A DNA stretch of 33,313 nucleotides from Candidatus Kapaibacterium sp. GTDB lineage: Bacteria; Bacteroidota; Ignavibacteria; Kapaibacteriales; UBA2268. The position numbers and the translations under genes are program-made. The notes under the pieces were generated by a model. It saw only the letters and a program-made list of their open reading frames with translations. It had not been told where the DNA came from and made no database searches. The stretch is from the NCBI GenBank assembly GCA_041677745.1, contig JBAYPL010000001.1:1-33313 (forward strand), written 5' to 3'. This document shows positions 1 to 8,750 of this stretch, one piece after another (positions within the stretch are counted from its first letter, which is position 1; each line of letters begins with the position of its first letter).

Positions 1-501
1 AATGTTTACATCGGTCTTAATCATACAGTAACTTTGGATCTTAGCGAACCACAAATAGATACTCTGATAGTCAGAAATTCATCAAGGTTTGATATGGGTG
101 TGAATTCTATCAATTGCGTTGACTGTAATCCGGTCAGAGGTTTATTTGATCTAAGGGACACATCTACAATAGTTTTCGGAGGTAATAATTATCCCTCTTT
201 GTCATTGACAATTAAAAACTTTGCAAATTATCTCATGTCACCTTCGACAACTATTGAATATTCTGGTACTCAGGATATAATTCCCAATCCATTAGCACCA
301 TTTTACAGTAGCTATCCGGGAAATTTGAAGATTTCCGGTGTGGATGCTAAATACATCAATGTGCCTATTACAGTGAACGGTAATCTGTATGTTGAACCGG
401 GCTCAGTACTCGAAGTGAATGCAAATTCTTTAAGGGTTTACGGAAATGTTGTTAATTCCGGTAATATCTATAATACCAATATAATCGAAGTAGGTAATTA
501 A
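1..501 (+). CDS. C-terminal fragment of a larger secreted/surface protein (5' end outside the window), function unknown
   Basis: Frame 1 is open from base 1 (NVYIGLNHTVTL...) into tracked ORF 34..501, with stop TAA at 499..501. The sequence is N/G/S/V-rich with repetitive strands (NGNLYVEPGSVLEVNANSLRVYGNVVNSGNIYN), resembling beta-helix or adhesin-type repeats. No family recognised. Confidence 0.45.
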   Translation, partial: NVYIGLNHTVTLDLSEPQIDTLIVRNSSRFDMGVNSINCVDCNPVRGLFDLRDTSTIVFGGNNYPSLSLTIKNFANYLMSPSTTIEYSGTQDIIPNPLAPFYSSYPGNLKISGVDAKYINVPITVNGNLYVEPGSVLEVNANSLRVYGNVVNSGNIYNTNIIEVGN

Positions 502-686
502 CACAAAGTGTATCAAGATTAGATTTTCCTTAAAATTGATTTTTTCAGTAAAAAATCAAGAGCTGCAATTCAAAGGATAATTAAAAGCAGCTCTCGAATT
601 TAAATGAATAAAATGTAATAATATAATTTGATTTAGGAATACTCAGCTCAAATTCCACAATCAGACATATTTGCTTAGTACTTTAT

Positions 687-1655
687 TTACTCGAATCTTA
701 GATACTGAACATTCTTGAACAGAGTTTTATTATTTTCATTTCTGCAGACTATGCCTCTAAAATCGTCAATTGATTGAAACCCCTTTGAATCCATCCAATA
801 TTTTACTCCTTCAATTAATTCGCCGATATATTCTACACCGTTCATCAGCAAGGCAGAGGTACATTGTACAGCCTGAGCACCGGCAAGAATATATCTTAGC
901 ACATCGGTATAGTCGTGGATGCCGCCTGAGCCTGCAATATCAGCCTTGACTTTTTCAGAAAGCAGAATAATCCACCTAAGAGAATTATTGATGTCTCCGA
1001 CTGGTCTAATCTGCATATTACTTGATACTGACATAGAATCAACATCAATTTCGGGAGTAAACAATCTGTTAAATAATACCAATCCATCAACATCGGCATT
1101 GTCAAAATCACTGATAGCAGTATTCATATTGGTGAAATATGGAGATAGTTTAACTGCGACAGGAATTGTACAATTAGCTCTTACAGCTTTGATAATACCG
1201 ATTATATTTTCAACTACATCATCACCGCTTGAAATTTCATCAGCAGGTGAAACCGCAATATTTAACTCTAAAGCATCGGCACCTGCTTCTTCAAATTTAA
1301 GTGCAAACTGTGGCCATTCATTTCTACTGACACAATTGATGCTTGCAAAAACAGGTATGTTGAGGTTGTTTTTGGAATAATCAATAAGATTGAGATAATG
1401 CTCAATCAAAGCATTTTCCGAATACTCATTGATATTTTTAATCGCTTCAGGGTACCAATTGTAAACATCCGTTCCTTTTAAGTTCCTGCCTGAATCAGCG
1501 AGAATTTGTTCTTCAAAGAGTGATTTAATTACTACGGCTCCTGCACCGGCAGCTTCGATTTTCTTAATAGAATCTTTAGTATTTGTTAAAGATGAACTAC
1601 CAACGATAATCGGGCTCCGTAATTCAATTCCCATATACTTAGTTTTTAATGTCAT
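687..1655 (-). CDS. Dihydroorotate dehydrogenase-like / PreA-like TIM-barrel flavoprotein (non-canonical active-site loop)
   Basis: 322 aa. The N-terminus (YMGIELRSPIIVGSSSLT) and C-terminus (GSGGIHDYTDVLRYILAGAQAVQCTSALL) are typical of the class 1 DHOD/DPD FMN-binding fold. A GAGG Shine-Dalgarno lies 6 nt upstream of the ATG. Only 10 nt separate it from the upstream rex stop. The expected ELN-LSCPN motif reads ELNIAVSP. Confidence 0.8.
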   Translation of the reverse strand: MTLKTKYMGIELRSPIIVGSSSLTNTKDSIKKIEAAGAGAVVIKSLFEEQILADSGRNLKGTDVYNWYPEAIKNINEYSENALIEHYLNLIDYSKNNLNIPVFASINCVSRNEWPQFALKFEEAGADALELNIAVSPADEISSGDDVVENIIGIIKAVRANCTIPVAVKLSPYFTNMNTAISDFDNADVDGLVLFNRLFTPEIDVDSMSVSSNMQIRPVGDINNSLRWIILLSEKVKADIAGSGGIHDYTDVLRYILAGAQAVQCTSALLMNGVEYIGELIEGVKYWMDSKGFQSIDDFRGIVCRNENNKTLFKNVQYLRFE

Positions 1656-1665
1656 AGTAACCTCA

Positions 1666-2295
1666 TTATTGTGCTTGATTCTCTTTTTGTTTATTGACTA
1701 CATAGATGAGGTTTTCAAGTTCATGAACAATATTTATGTTATTAATTGTCATTTCGGAAGAACTTTGAAATTTAATCGGCGTAAAATTAAGAATACCTCC
1801 TATACCGGAAGCAGACAGCAAATCAACAGTATGTTTAGCCACCATCTGTGGAACTGTAAGTATGCAAATTCTGATATTGTTTTCAAGAACAAAATCTGTC
1901 AAATTATCAATATGATAAATCGGCACTCCGGAATCATTCTTATTCTTATCCGGCTCTGTGTCGAATCCTGCAACAATCTGTATTCCCTCTTTCATAAATC
2001 CCTGATAATTCATCAGAGCTTCACCGATTCTGCCAACCCCGACAATTATTACTTTTTGTATTTCATCTTTACCGAGGATTTCGTCAATCTTTTGTAGTAT
2101 CGAGTCAATATCATATCCACCCTTCCGATTACCGGTTATACCGAAATTCCCAAAATCCTTTCTGACAAGGGATGATGATATTTCTAATGTATCAGATATG
2201 TTATCTGAAAATACCTTTTTAAAACCGAGGCTTTGGAGGTGTTTTAGAAGATTCTTATAATTAAGCAATCTTAAAATTTGTCCCTTATTGGTCAT
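1666..2295 (-). CDS. rex: Redox-sensing transcriptional repressor Rex
   Basis: N-terminal winged-helix (ILRLLNYKNLLKHLQSLG, VRKDFGNFG) followed by a Rossmann GxGxxG motif (IIVGVGRIGEAL), which is the Rex architecture. The ORF track starts at a TTG (2325). The in-frame ATG at 2295 (MTNKGQILRLL) fits Rex N-termini better. Confidence 0.85.
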   Translation of the reverse strand: MTNKGQILRLLNYKNLLKHLQSLGFKKVFSDNISDTLEISSSLVRKDFGNFGITGNRKGGYDIDSILQKIDEILGKDEIQKVIIVGVGRIGEALMNYQGFMKEGIQIVAGFDTEPDKNKNDSGVPIYHIDNLTDFVLENNIRICILTVPQMVAKHTVDLLSASGIGGILNFTPIKFQSSSEMTINNINIVHELENLIYVVNKQKENQAQ

Positions 2296-2436
2296 TTTTC
2301 TTTTGACTCTATATTTATTATACAAACAAAAATATTCATTATAATTTTAATTTATGATACAATCTTCACATAATAATTTTCAAAAAGTACTTCATATAAA
2401 ATATAAAATAACTTATTGTTACATAATATACAAGTT

Positions 2437-2459
2437 TTTTTTGTGTTTAGCACAAAAAA
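2437..2459. promoter_or_regulatory. Perfect 9-bp inverted repeat TTTTTTGTG-N5-CACAAAAAA upstream of rex (candidate operator)
   Basis: Read directly: arms at 2437..2445 and 2451..2459, spacer tttag. It lies about 150 nt upstream of the rex ATG. It has the same architecture and 7/9 identical arm positions as the repeat at 5031..5053. Confidence 0.35.
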
Positions 2460-2524
2460 CATCATCTACAGACTCAAACAGTCAGATAAATGAAATATTA
2501 TTATTGGGTTGTAATTAGCGGGTA

Positions 2525-3274
2525 TTACTTCAAAACTATTCTTTTGCGTATATATTTTTCATTGCCAATTCTGACTTCCGCAATATAATCACCCGGAGGC
2601 ATGGGTCTGCCATCTTGGTTCCTGCCGTTCCAGGTATAAGTATAGGTGCCGGGAGTTTGTAATCCTTTGAACAAAGTAGCCACAACCGAAGAACTAATAG
2701 AATAAACCACAACCTCAACATGAGCTGTATAATCAATTGAATAAGTGATTTCAGGAGAAACATCCTCCATAATTCCGAAAAATCTCGCTACAGCTTCAGC
2801 ATCGAATCTAACCCCGTGGAAAGGGTCATATGTTCTAAGGTTTGGCACTTCAAAAGCCGAAGCAATTTGAACATGTCTGTGAACAACATCAACCGGTGAA
2901 GGATTATAGAACTCAGGAGGAATACTTCGGATATTTTGTAATGCTATCTGCCAAGGGGTTCCTTCAGACAATCTTTTTTCGATATTCCACAAATCATCGG
3001 TGAAAACTAAATTGTTCCTGAGTATCACATTAATCGGCAACTGCAATGTAATGTATTTTTTGAATAAACTATCCTGTTCGGGGGTGTATACTTCATCTTT
3101 GTGCAACTCACTTTCATCATTTCTTTTATTGGCTGATTCTTGCATTATTTGCAGGGGTGTCTGTACTGTCGGCTTTTTTAATATGGTATTAACGCTTCCG
3201 TCATCGAAGCGTGAAATTGCCTGAATATTGGAAGATAAAAGAAAAAATATAAGTAAAAAGATTAATTTTAACAT
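2525..3274 (-). CDS. Secreted hypothetical protein with C-terminal FlgD-Ig-like / T9SS-type sorting-like domain
   Basis: N-terminal signal peptide (MLKLIFLLIFFLLSSNIQA). The C-terminus (VVVYSISSSVVATLFKGLQTPGTYTYTWNGRNQDGRPMPPGDYIAEVRIGNEKYIRKRIVLK) matches the FlgD Ig-like pattern (G.Y...W.G.d..G..v..G.Y). Confidence 0.6.
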   Translation of the reverse strand: MLKLIFLLIFFLLSSNIQAISRFDDGSVNTILKKPTVQTPLQIMQESANKRNDESELHKDEVYTPEQDSLFKKYITLQLPINVILRNNLVFTDDLWNIEKRLSEGTPWQIALQNIRSIPPEFYNPSPVDVVHRHVQIASAFEVPNLRTYDPFHGVRFDAEAVARFFGIMEDVSPEITYSIDYTAHVEVVVYSISSSVVATLFKGLQTPGTYTYTWNGRNQDGRPMPPGDYIAEVRIGNEKYIRKRIVLK

Positions 3275-3295
3275 ATAATCTAAATATACAGAGAT

Positions 3296-3337
3296 AAAAA
3301 AAAATAAAAAACCGATATTGTTTTATACAGTATCGGT
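3296..3337 (-). terminator. Rho-independent terminator downstream of the S1-domain gene
   Basis: Stem ACCGATA (3311..3317) pairs with TATCGGT (3331..3337) around a 13-nt loop. On the minus strand it is followed by a T-run (plus-strand A-run 3296..3310). Confidence 0.55.
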
Positions 3338-3368
3338 TTTATGACAAAAAAATTTTATAGACAGCCTA

Positions 3369-4850
3369 TTATCTTTTTAATAAGTTCTTCTTTGTGCTTT
3401 CAGAGATTAAATCCTGCAAGGTAAATGCAGATGAACTCGGAGTTGAATCATGACTCGTGGTGTGTTCTTCATTAGGCTTGCGTGAAGAATGTTCGTACTT
3501 AGGTTTTTCTTTCGGAACAAACTGTGGTTTGTCAGGCGTATGCGGAATAAGTATCATAGACTCTTTACTTGCATCAATACTGTCAACGATTAATTCTACT
3601 TCATCACCTACATTACCCTTGCCTTTAGGAAGAAATCTGATTCTGCTGAGTGGTAAAAAAGCATCCAATGTCTCATCAATCGAAATTATTGCTCCCTGTG
3701 GAGTCAATTGTTTTATAGTGCAATTCAGAACGGTCTTGACGGGGTATTTTTCTGCAATGTCATGCCAAGGATTGGGTTGAGCCTTTTTAATGCTGAGATT
3801 TACTAATTTCTTGTCAACATTGACATTCAACACATATAATTCAGATTCCTGTCCTACACTTAAAACATCACTCGGATGTTTATGACGAAGTGTCCATGAA
3901 ATTTCTGAATTTCTGACTAAGCCGTCGAAACCGGGTTTGATTTCAAAATAAGCACCGAAATCAGTTATTTGTTTAAGTACACCTTTGATTATGGTTCCGG
4001 TTGGCAATTGCTCTTCAAGAATTTTCCAAGGAGAAACCTCAAGTTCTTTTGTACTGAGTGCAATTCGTTTTCTTTCTTTGTCAACTTCAACAATGACAAC
4101 TTTAACCATTTGACCTTTTTTGAATAATTGCTTAAGGTCTTCCACGCGTGTGTTTGAAACACGGGAGATATGAAGCAGTCCTTCGACACCTGAAACATCA
4201 ATGAATACACCGAAAGCTGCGATAGATGTTACAGGACCTTCGATAATATCACCAACTGTCAGTTTATTCCAGAAATCATCTTCGAGAATCTGTTTTCTGC
4301 TTACTACGACAGTCTTACGTCCTGTTTCATCCTGCTGTAATTCATGAATATGTACAGGAAACTGCTTGTTGATTGCCTCCATCAAGCTTTGTTCAGACGG
4401 ATTGCGTTTAAGGCTGAAATGAGAAGTAGGAAGAAATACAGGCATATCCCTGTAATAAACCCTAAGCCCGCCCTTTATTCTTTCTCTTACGGTAACATCA
4501 ACAGTCTCATTTTTTTCTTTGACTGTGGTCAATAATTGAAAGTACTCGTTAAACCTTTGTTCACGAGCCTGTCGCTCACGAGCTCTTTTCTGAATAGCAA
4601 TTTGCTCGGCAGTAAGTTCAGTACTCACTTCATCCGGTGAGTCTGTACTGTTACCTGATTCCGATTCTGGTTCTACGGGTGCAGCAGACTCAGCGACATG
4701 AGCATCTGCAATTCCGTCCATATTAGCCGGCTCCTCAGCCGCTACAGAATTGTCAGTTTCAGCCGCGAGAGTTGTTTCGGTATTATTAATCTGGTTGTCA
4801 ACTGATTCCTGAGAAGTGGTCAGTTCCTTATCCGATAAAATATCAGTCAT
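3369..4850 (-). CDS. S1 RNA-binding domain protein (four tandem S1 domains, acidic disordered N-terminus)
   Basis: 493 aa. About 100 aa of E/D/S/T-rich N-terminus are followed by four S1-like OB folds (e.g. GDIIEGPVTSIAAFGVFIDVSGVEGLLHISRVS; GTIIKGVLKQITDFGAYFEI). It is shorter than a canonical six-domain RpsA, so no gene symbol is given. Confidence 0.8.
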   Translation of the reverse strand: MTDILSDKELTTSQESVDNQINNTETTLAAETDNSVAAEEPANMDGIADAHVAESAAPVEPESESGNSTDSPDEVSTELTAEQIAIQKRARERQAREQRFNEYFQLLTTVKEKNETVDVTVRERIKGGLRVYYRDMPVFLPTSHFSLKRNPSEQSLMEAINKQFPVHIHELQQDETGRKTVVVSRKQILEDDFWNKLTVGDIIEGPVTSIAAFGVFIDVSGVEGLLHISRVSNTRVEDLKQLFKKGQMVKVVIVEVDKERKRIALSTKELEVSPWKILEEQLPTGTIIKGVLKQITDFGAYFEIKPGFDGLVRNSEISWTLRHKHPSDVLSVGQESELYVLNVNVDKKLVNLSIKKAQPNPWHDIAEKYPVKTVLNCTIKQLTPQGAIISIDETLDAFLPLSRIRFLPKGKGNVGDEVELIVDSIDASKESMILIPHTPDKPQFVPKEKPKYEHSSRKPNEEHTTSHDSTPSSSAFTLQDLISESTKKNLLKR

Positions 4851-5030
4851 TTTTAAGCACCCATATTTTGAAAATTACTTTTAAAATAAGATAATAAATA
4901 CTTTATAAATACTTATTAACAAAATTGTTAAAACTTAGACTACAAAGATAAATATTTCTTAGGAATTATAGTAAAAAAATCTGTAACTTTACTATACTAA
5001 TTTAAATAAAATTTCAAAAAAAATTAAAAT

Positions 5031-5053
5031 TTTATTGTTTATGTAACAATAAA
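5031..5053. promoter_or_regulatory. Perfect 9-bp inverted repeat TTTATTGTT-N5-AACAATAAA in the divergent S1 / hppA intergenic region (candidate operator)
   Basis: Read directly: arms at 5031..5039 and 5045..5053, spacer tatgt. It lies about 150 nt upstream of the hppA ATG. Neither flanking gene ends here, so it cannot be a terminator. Confidence 0.35.
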
Positions 5054-5191
5054 TCAATAATTGTGAAGTTTTTAGAAAGTCAAAGTGTCGAAATAAAGAA
5101 ATTAGATAATTGAAAATTGGCAGATTTTTTTTGCTAAAGGAATATTCTTTATAAATGAAAATGTATTTTTTGTATAATATTTAATGAAATT

Positions 5192-7390
5192 ATGGACGGA
5201 TTACTACTTTTAATTCCTGCCGCCGGAATATTGGCGTTGATTTTTACTTTTATTAAGTCACGATGGGTGTCAAAACAAGACCCCGGAACAGAGAAAATGC
5301 AGAATATTGCAAAATTCATCTCCGATGGTGCAAATGCTTTTTTGAAAGCAGAGTACAAGGTAATATTGATATTTGCTGTTATTGTTGCTATTCTGTTAGG
5401 TATTCAGGGAGCAGGTGCCGAGGATTCTTCGCCTTTGATAGCAGTTTCATTTCTTGTCGGTGCCTTAGCTTCAGGGTTAGCCGGAAATATCGGAATGAAG
5501 GTTGCTACTGATGCAAATGTCAGAACAACAAATGCAGCTCGAAGCGGTCTAAATAATGCGCTACTCGTAGCTTTTACCGGTGGTTCGGTAATGGGTATGG
5601 GTGTAGTTGGCTTAGGTGTTTTGGGATTGAGTGGATTATTTCTAATTTATTCGATGATAACCGGTGTATTTGAAACTGGTGATATTCACAGTGTGAATCA
5701 AGTTATATCTGTACTGACCGGATTTTCTTTCGGTGCATCCATGATAGCACTCTTTGCTCGTGTAGGAGGTGGTATCTATACAAAAGCAGCAGATGTTGGT
5801 GCTGATTTGGTTGGGAAAGTTGAAGCAGGCATCCCGGAAGATCACCCCTTGAATCCTGCAACTATTGCTGACAATGTCGGTGATAATGTAGGAGATGTGG
5901 CAGGTATGGGTGCTGACTTATTCGAATCATTTGTAGGTTCTATACTTGCAACCATGGTACTCGGTGTAGCATTCTATGCTCTTCCGGAGTTTCAGAATAC
6001 GCCCCTCGGAGGTTTTTCGGGAATAGTATTGCCATTGATACTTGCAGCATTTGGAATTGTTGTATCAATCGTAGGTACTTTCTTTGTTAAGGTAAAAGAA
6101 GGTGGAAATCCGCAAACCGCATTGAATACCGGAACATTTCTGGCATCAATATTAATGGTGGTAGTGTCATATTTTGTTATTAGTTGGATGCTGCCTGAAT
6201 CATGGGTTTTCGATGATCCGCTATACGGTGAGACAAAGACTATTACTTCACTGGGTATATTTCTTGCCACTATTGTCGGCTTAGTAGCAGGAGTAGGAAT
6301 AGGATTAATAACCGAATATTACACAGGACTTGGAAAACCACCTGTTCGTAGAATTGCAGAGCAGTCACTAACAGGCTCAGCAACAAATATTATTGCAGGT
6401 ATTGGTACCGGAATGATGAGTACAGCAGTACCGATTATTTTGATTGCTGCAGCCATTTTAGTATCATTCCATTTCGCTAATCTGTACGGTATAGCTATTG
6501 CAGCGGTCGGTATGCTTGCTACAACCGGTATCCAGCTTGCTGTTGATGCGTATGGACCGATTTCTGATAATGCCGGTGGTATCGCAGAAATGTCAGAACT
6601 TCCGAAAGAAGTACGCCAGAGAACCGATAAACTTGACGCAGTAGGAAATTCAACCGCAGCTATCGGCAAAGGCTTTGCAATTGGCTCGGCTGCACTTACC
6701 GCTCTTGCACTCTTTGGAGCCTTCATGACTTCTGCCGGAATTAAATCTATAGATATATCAAAAGCCAATGTTATGGTCGGATTGTTCATCGGCGGTGTTA
6801 TGCCGTTTATCTTCTCGGCTCTTGCAATGGGTGCCGTAGGACGTGCTGCTCGCTCTATGATTGAAGAAGTAAGGAGACAGTTCTTGGAAATTCCGCGACT
6901 TAAGGATGCTCTGAACGTAATGAGAAAAAATGATGGCAAAGAAATGACTTCATGGTCTGATGCTGATTTAAAGACCTACCATGATGCTGAAGGTGCCGCT
7001 GAATATGCTAAATGCGTTGAAATTTCTACCAAAGCTTCCATTAAGGAAATGATGTTGCCCGGATTACTGGCGGTTGTTACCCCCGTGATTATAGGCTTTG
7101 CGTTTGGTGCTGAAACTCTTGCCGGTATGCTTGCAGGTGTAACAGTTGTAGGTGTCTTACTTGCAATTTTTCAATCTAACGCGGGAGGAGCTTGGGATAA
7201 TGCCAAGAAAATGTTTGAAGAAGGGGTCGAAATTAACGGTACAATGCACTATAAGGGTTCAGAAGCACACAAAGCAGCTGTTACAGGTGATACTGTTGGT
7301 GACCCTTTTAAAGATACGTCCGGTCCTTCAATTAATATTCTTATTAAATTAATGAGTATTATTGCACTTGTTCTTGCTACTGCTTTATAG
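5192..7390 (+). CDS. hppA: Membrane-bound ion-translocating pyrophosphatase, K+-dependent subfamily signature
   Basis: 732 aa polytopic protein with hallmark motifs [40 protein letters not shown] and [15 protein letters not shown]. The [17 protein letters not shown] motif carries Ala rather than Lys at the K+-dependence position. Confidence 0.95.
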   Translation: MDGLLLLIPAAGILALIFTFIKSRWVSKQDPGTEKMQNIAKFISDGANAFLKAEYKVILIFAVIVAILLGIQGAGAEDSSPLIAVSFLVGALASGLAGNIGMKVATDANVRTTNAARSGLNNALLVAFTGGSVMGMGVVGLGVLGLSGLFLIYSMITGVFETGDIHSVNQVISVLTGFSFGASMIALFARVGGGIYTKAADVGADLVGKVEAGIPEDHPLNPATIADNVGDNVGDVAGMGADLFESFVGSILATMVLGVAFYALPEFQNTPLGGFSGIVLPLILAAFGIVVSIVGTFFVKVKEGGNPQTALNTGTFLASILMVVVSYFVISWMLPESWVFDDPLYGETKTITSLGIFLATIVGLVAGVGIGLITEYYTGLGKPPVRRIAEQSLTGSATNIIAGIGTGMMSTAVPIILIAAAILVSFHFANLYGIAIAAVGMLATTGIQLAVDAYGPISDNAGGIAEMSELPKEVRQRTDKLDAVGNSTAAIGKGFAIGSAALTALALFGAFMTSAGIKSIDISKANVMVGLFIGGVMPFIFSALAMGAVGRAARSMIEEVRRQFLEIPRLKDALNVMRKNDGKEMTSWSDADLKTYHDAEGAAEYAKCVEISTKASIKEMMLPGLLAVVTPVIIGFAFGAETLAGMLAGVTVVGVLLAIFQSNAGGAWDNAKKMFEEGVEINGTMHYKGSEAHKAAVTGDTVGDPFKDTSGPSINILIKLMSIIALVLATAL

Positions 7391-7411
7391 CAGTAATAAT
7401 CCTTGAATTGA

Positions 7412-7446
7412 AAAGCTGCCTTTATCATTAAGGGCAGCTTTTTTTA
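7412..7446 (+). terminator. Rho-independent terminator of hppA
   Basis: AAAGCTGCC (7412..7420) pairs with GGCAGCTTT (7433..7441) and runs into a T-run, 22 nt after the hppA stop. Confidence 0.8.
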
Positions 7447-7499
7447 TGGTATAAAAATTGTTACTTTGTAAAACTTGACAATTATAATTTGGATTAATA

Positions 7500-7964
7500 A
7501 TGATTGAAGAAGCACACAAAAATGATTTAGAGACTATTGTAGATATTTGGGAACAATCCGTAAAGGCAAGTCACTTTTTTCTCTTGGATGATGATTTCCA
7601 AAAAATAAAAAAAGCAATGTTGCCTAATGGATTTACTTCCGTCAAATTATTTAAATATATTGCGAATAAAGATGATATAGCAGGGTTCGTAGGTATATCG
7701 GATAAAAAGATTGAGATGCTTTTTGTCAAACCTGATTATTTCGGTGTGGGCATAGGACGAGAACTGTTGAAATTTGTGATTATAAAGCATGGTTGCAAGT
7801 ATGTTGATGTTAATGAACAAAATATTCATGCATGCGGATTTTATGAACATTTAGGTTTTACTATATTTCGAAGAACAGAAACCGATTCAATGGGACTTCC
7901 GTACCCAATTCTTTCGTTGAAATTATCTGAGGCTGCGGATAAATTATACTTTGATTTGGATTAG
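7500..7964 (+). CDS. GNAT family N-acetyltransferase
   Basis: 154 aa. Acetyl-CoA motif A region LFVKPDYFGVGIGRELLKF (Q/R-x-x-G-x-G/A type) and C-terminal FYEHLGF, both typical of GNATs. Confidence 0.75.
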   Translation: MIEEAHKNDLETIVDIWEQSVKASHFFLLDDDFQKIKKAMLPNGFTSVKLFKYIANKDDIAGFVGISDKKIEMLFVKPDYFGVGIGRELLKFVIIKHGCKYVDVNEQNIHACGFYEHLGFTIFRRTETDSMGLPYPILSLKLSEAADKLYFDLD

Positions 7965-8010
7965 TCATATTATTTGACTTATTTTTGAGAATTAATATGT
8001 GAGGAAAAAA

Positions 8011-8748
8011 ATGAAAAAACAACAGTACCTGATATTTGACATTGAAACTGCGCCACTTGATTTCGAGAAACTTTCCGAGTCTCAGCAAGAATATATTCTA
8101 CGGCACACTTCAAATGAAGAGGAAGTTCAAGCAAAGAAATTTGAAATGGCACTTTCACCAATAACAGCCCAAGTAGTATGTATCGGTACACAACTAATGC
8201 AGTCCGGTGAACAGGATGCTTGGGAACAGGTAGGAAGGGCAGCACTCTCGCTTAATAATGATTTACAGTATGGAGAGAAAGAACATGTAAAATTAAGTAC
8301 CGGTGATGATTGTTATATAACAAATGAAGCAAAGCTCTTAGAAGATTTCTGGGCAATACTCAGAAAATATGAAAATGCTGTGTTGATATCATTCAACGGC
8401 AGAAATTTTGATGCTCCTTTCTTGATGTTACGTTCCGCAATACAGAGAATCAAACCATCAAGGAACTTGATGAGCGGTACAAAATTCAACTATCCAATGC
8501 ATATTGATTTAATTGACGAGCTGACATTTTATAATCCGAGTCCGTATTCGGCTTCCAAAAGATTCAATTTCGATTTCTACACTCGTACATTCGGAATAAA
8601 GTCCCCGAAGAGCGAGGGCGTGGACGGTTCGATGGTTGGCGAACTCTTCAGGCAAGGAAAACACGTAGAAATAGCGGAATACTGTATGAGAGATATTAAT
8701 GCCACTTGGGAATTATTCCTCATTTGGAATCAATATCTTCGATTCTGA
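8011..8748 (+). CDS. Stand-alone DEDD 3'-5' exonuclease, PolB-exonuclease-like (RNase H fold)
   Basis: Exo I LIFDIETAP, Exo II ISFNGRNFDAPFL and Exo III EYCMRDINATW. The ATG at 8011 has a GAGG Shine-Dalgarno 6 nt upstream; the track start at 7999 is a GTG. Confidence 0.75.
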   Translation: MKKQQYLIFDIETAPLDFEKLSESQQEYILRHTSNEEEVQAKKFEMALSPITAQVVCIGTQLMQSGEQDAWEQVGRAALSLNNDLQYGEKEHVKLSTGDDCYITNEAKLLEDFWAILRKYENAVLISFNGRNFDAPFLMLRSAIQRIKPSRNLMSGTKFNYPMHIDLIDELTFYNPSPYSASKRFNFDFYTRTFGIKSPKSEGVDGSMVGELFRQGKHVEIAEYCMRDINATWELFLIWNQYLRF

Positions 8749-8750
8749 AT

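Noticed and set aside
559-594. 8-bp inverted repeat AGAGCTGC / GCAGCTCT between convergent gene 1 and the DHOD-like gene, considered as a terminator.
   Set aside because: The 20-nt loop and the absence of a flanking T- or A-run make it a poor intrinsic terminator. It is possibly structural, but support is too weak for a feature call.
2296-2524. Searched the rex upstream region for a canonical Rex operator (TTGTGAA-N4-TTCACAA).
   Set aside because: Only partial half-sites are present (for example TGTGAAG on the minus strand near 2365) and none has a correctly spaced partner. The 9-N5-9 palindrome is reported separately as non-canonical.
6319-6939. 206-aa minus-strand ORF inside hppA. Similar antisense or alternate-frame ORFs occur at 919..1380, 5992..6270, 28413..28769 and 3457..3780.
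   Set aside because: These are shadow ORFs inside strongly supported genes. Their A/I/P/S-rich translations mirror the Gly/Ala-rich sense codons and show no independent coding signal.
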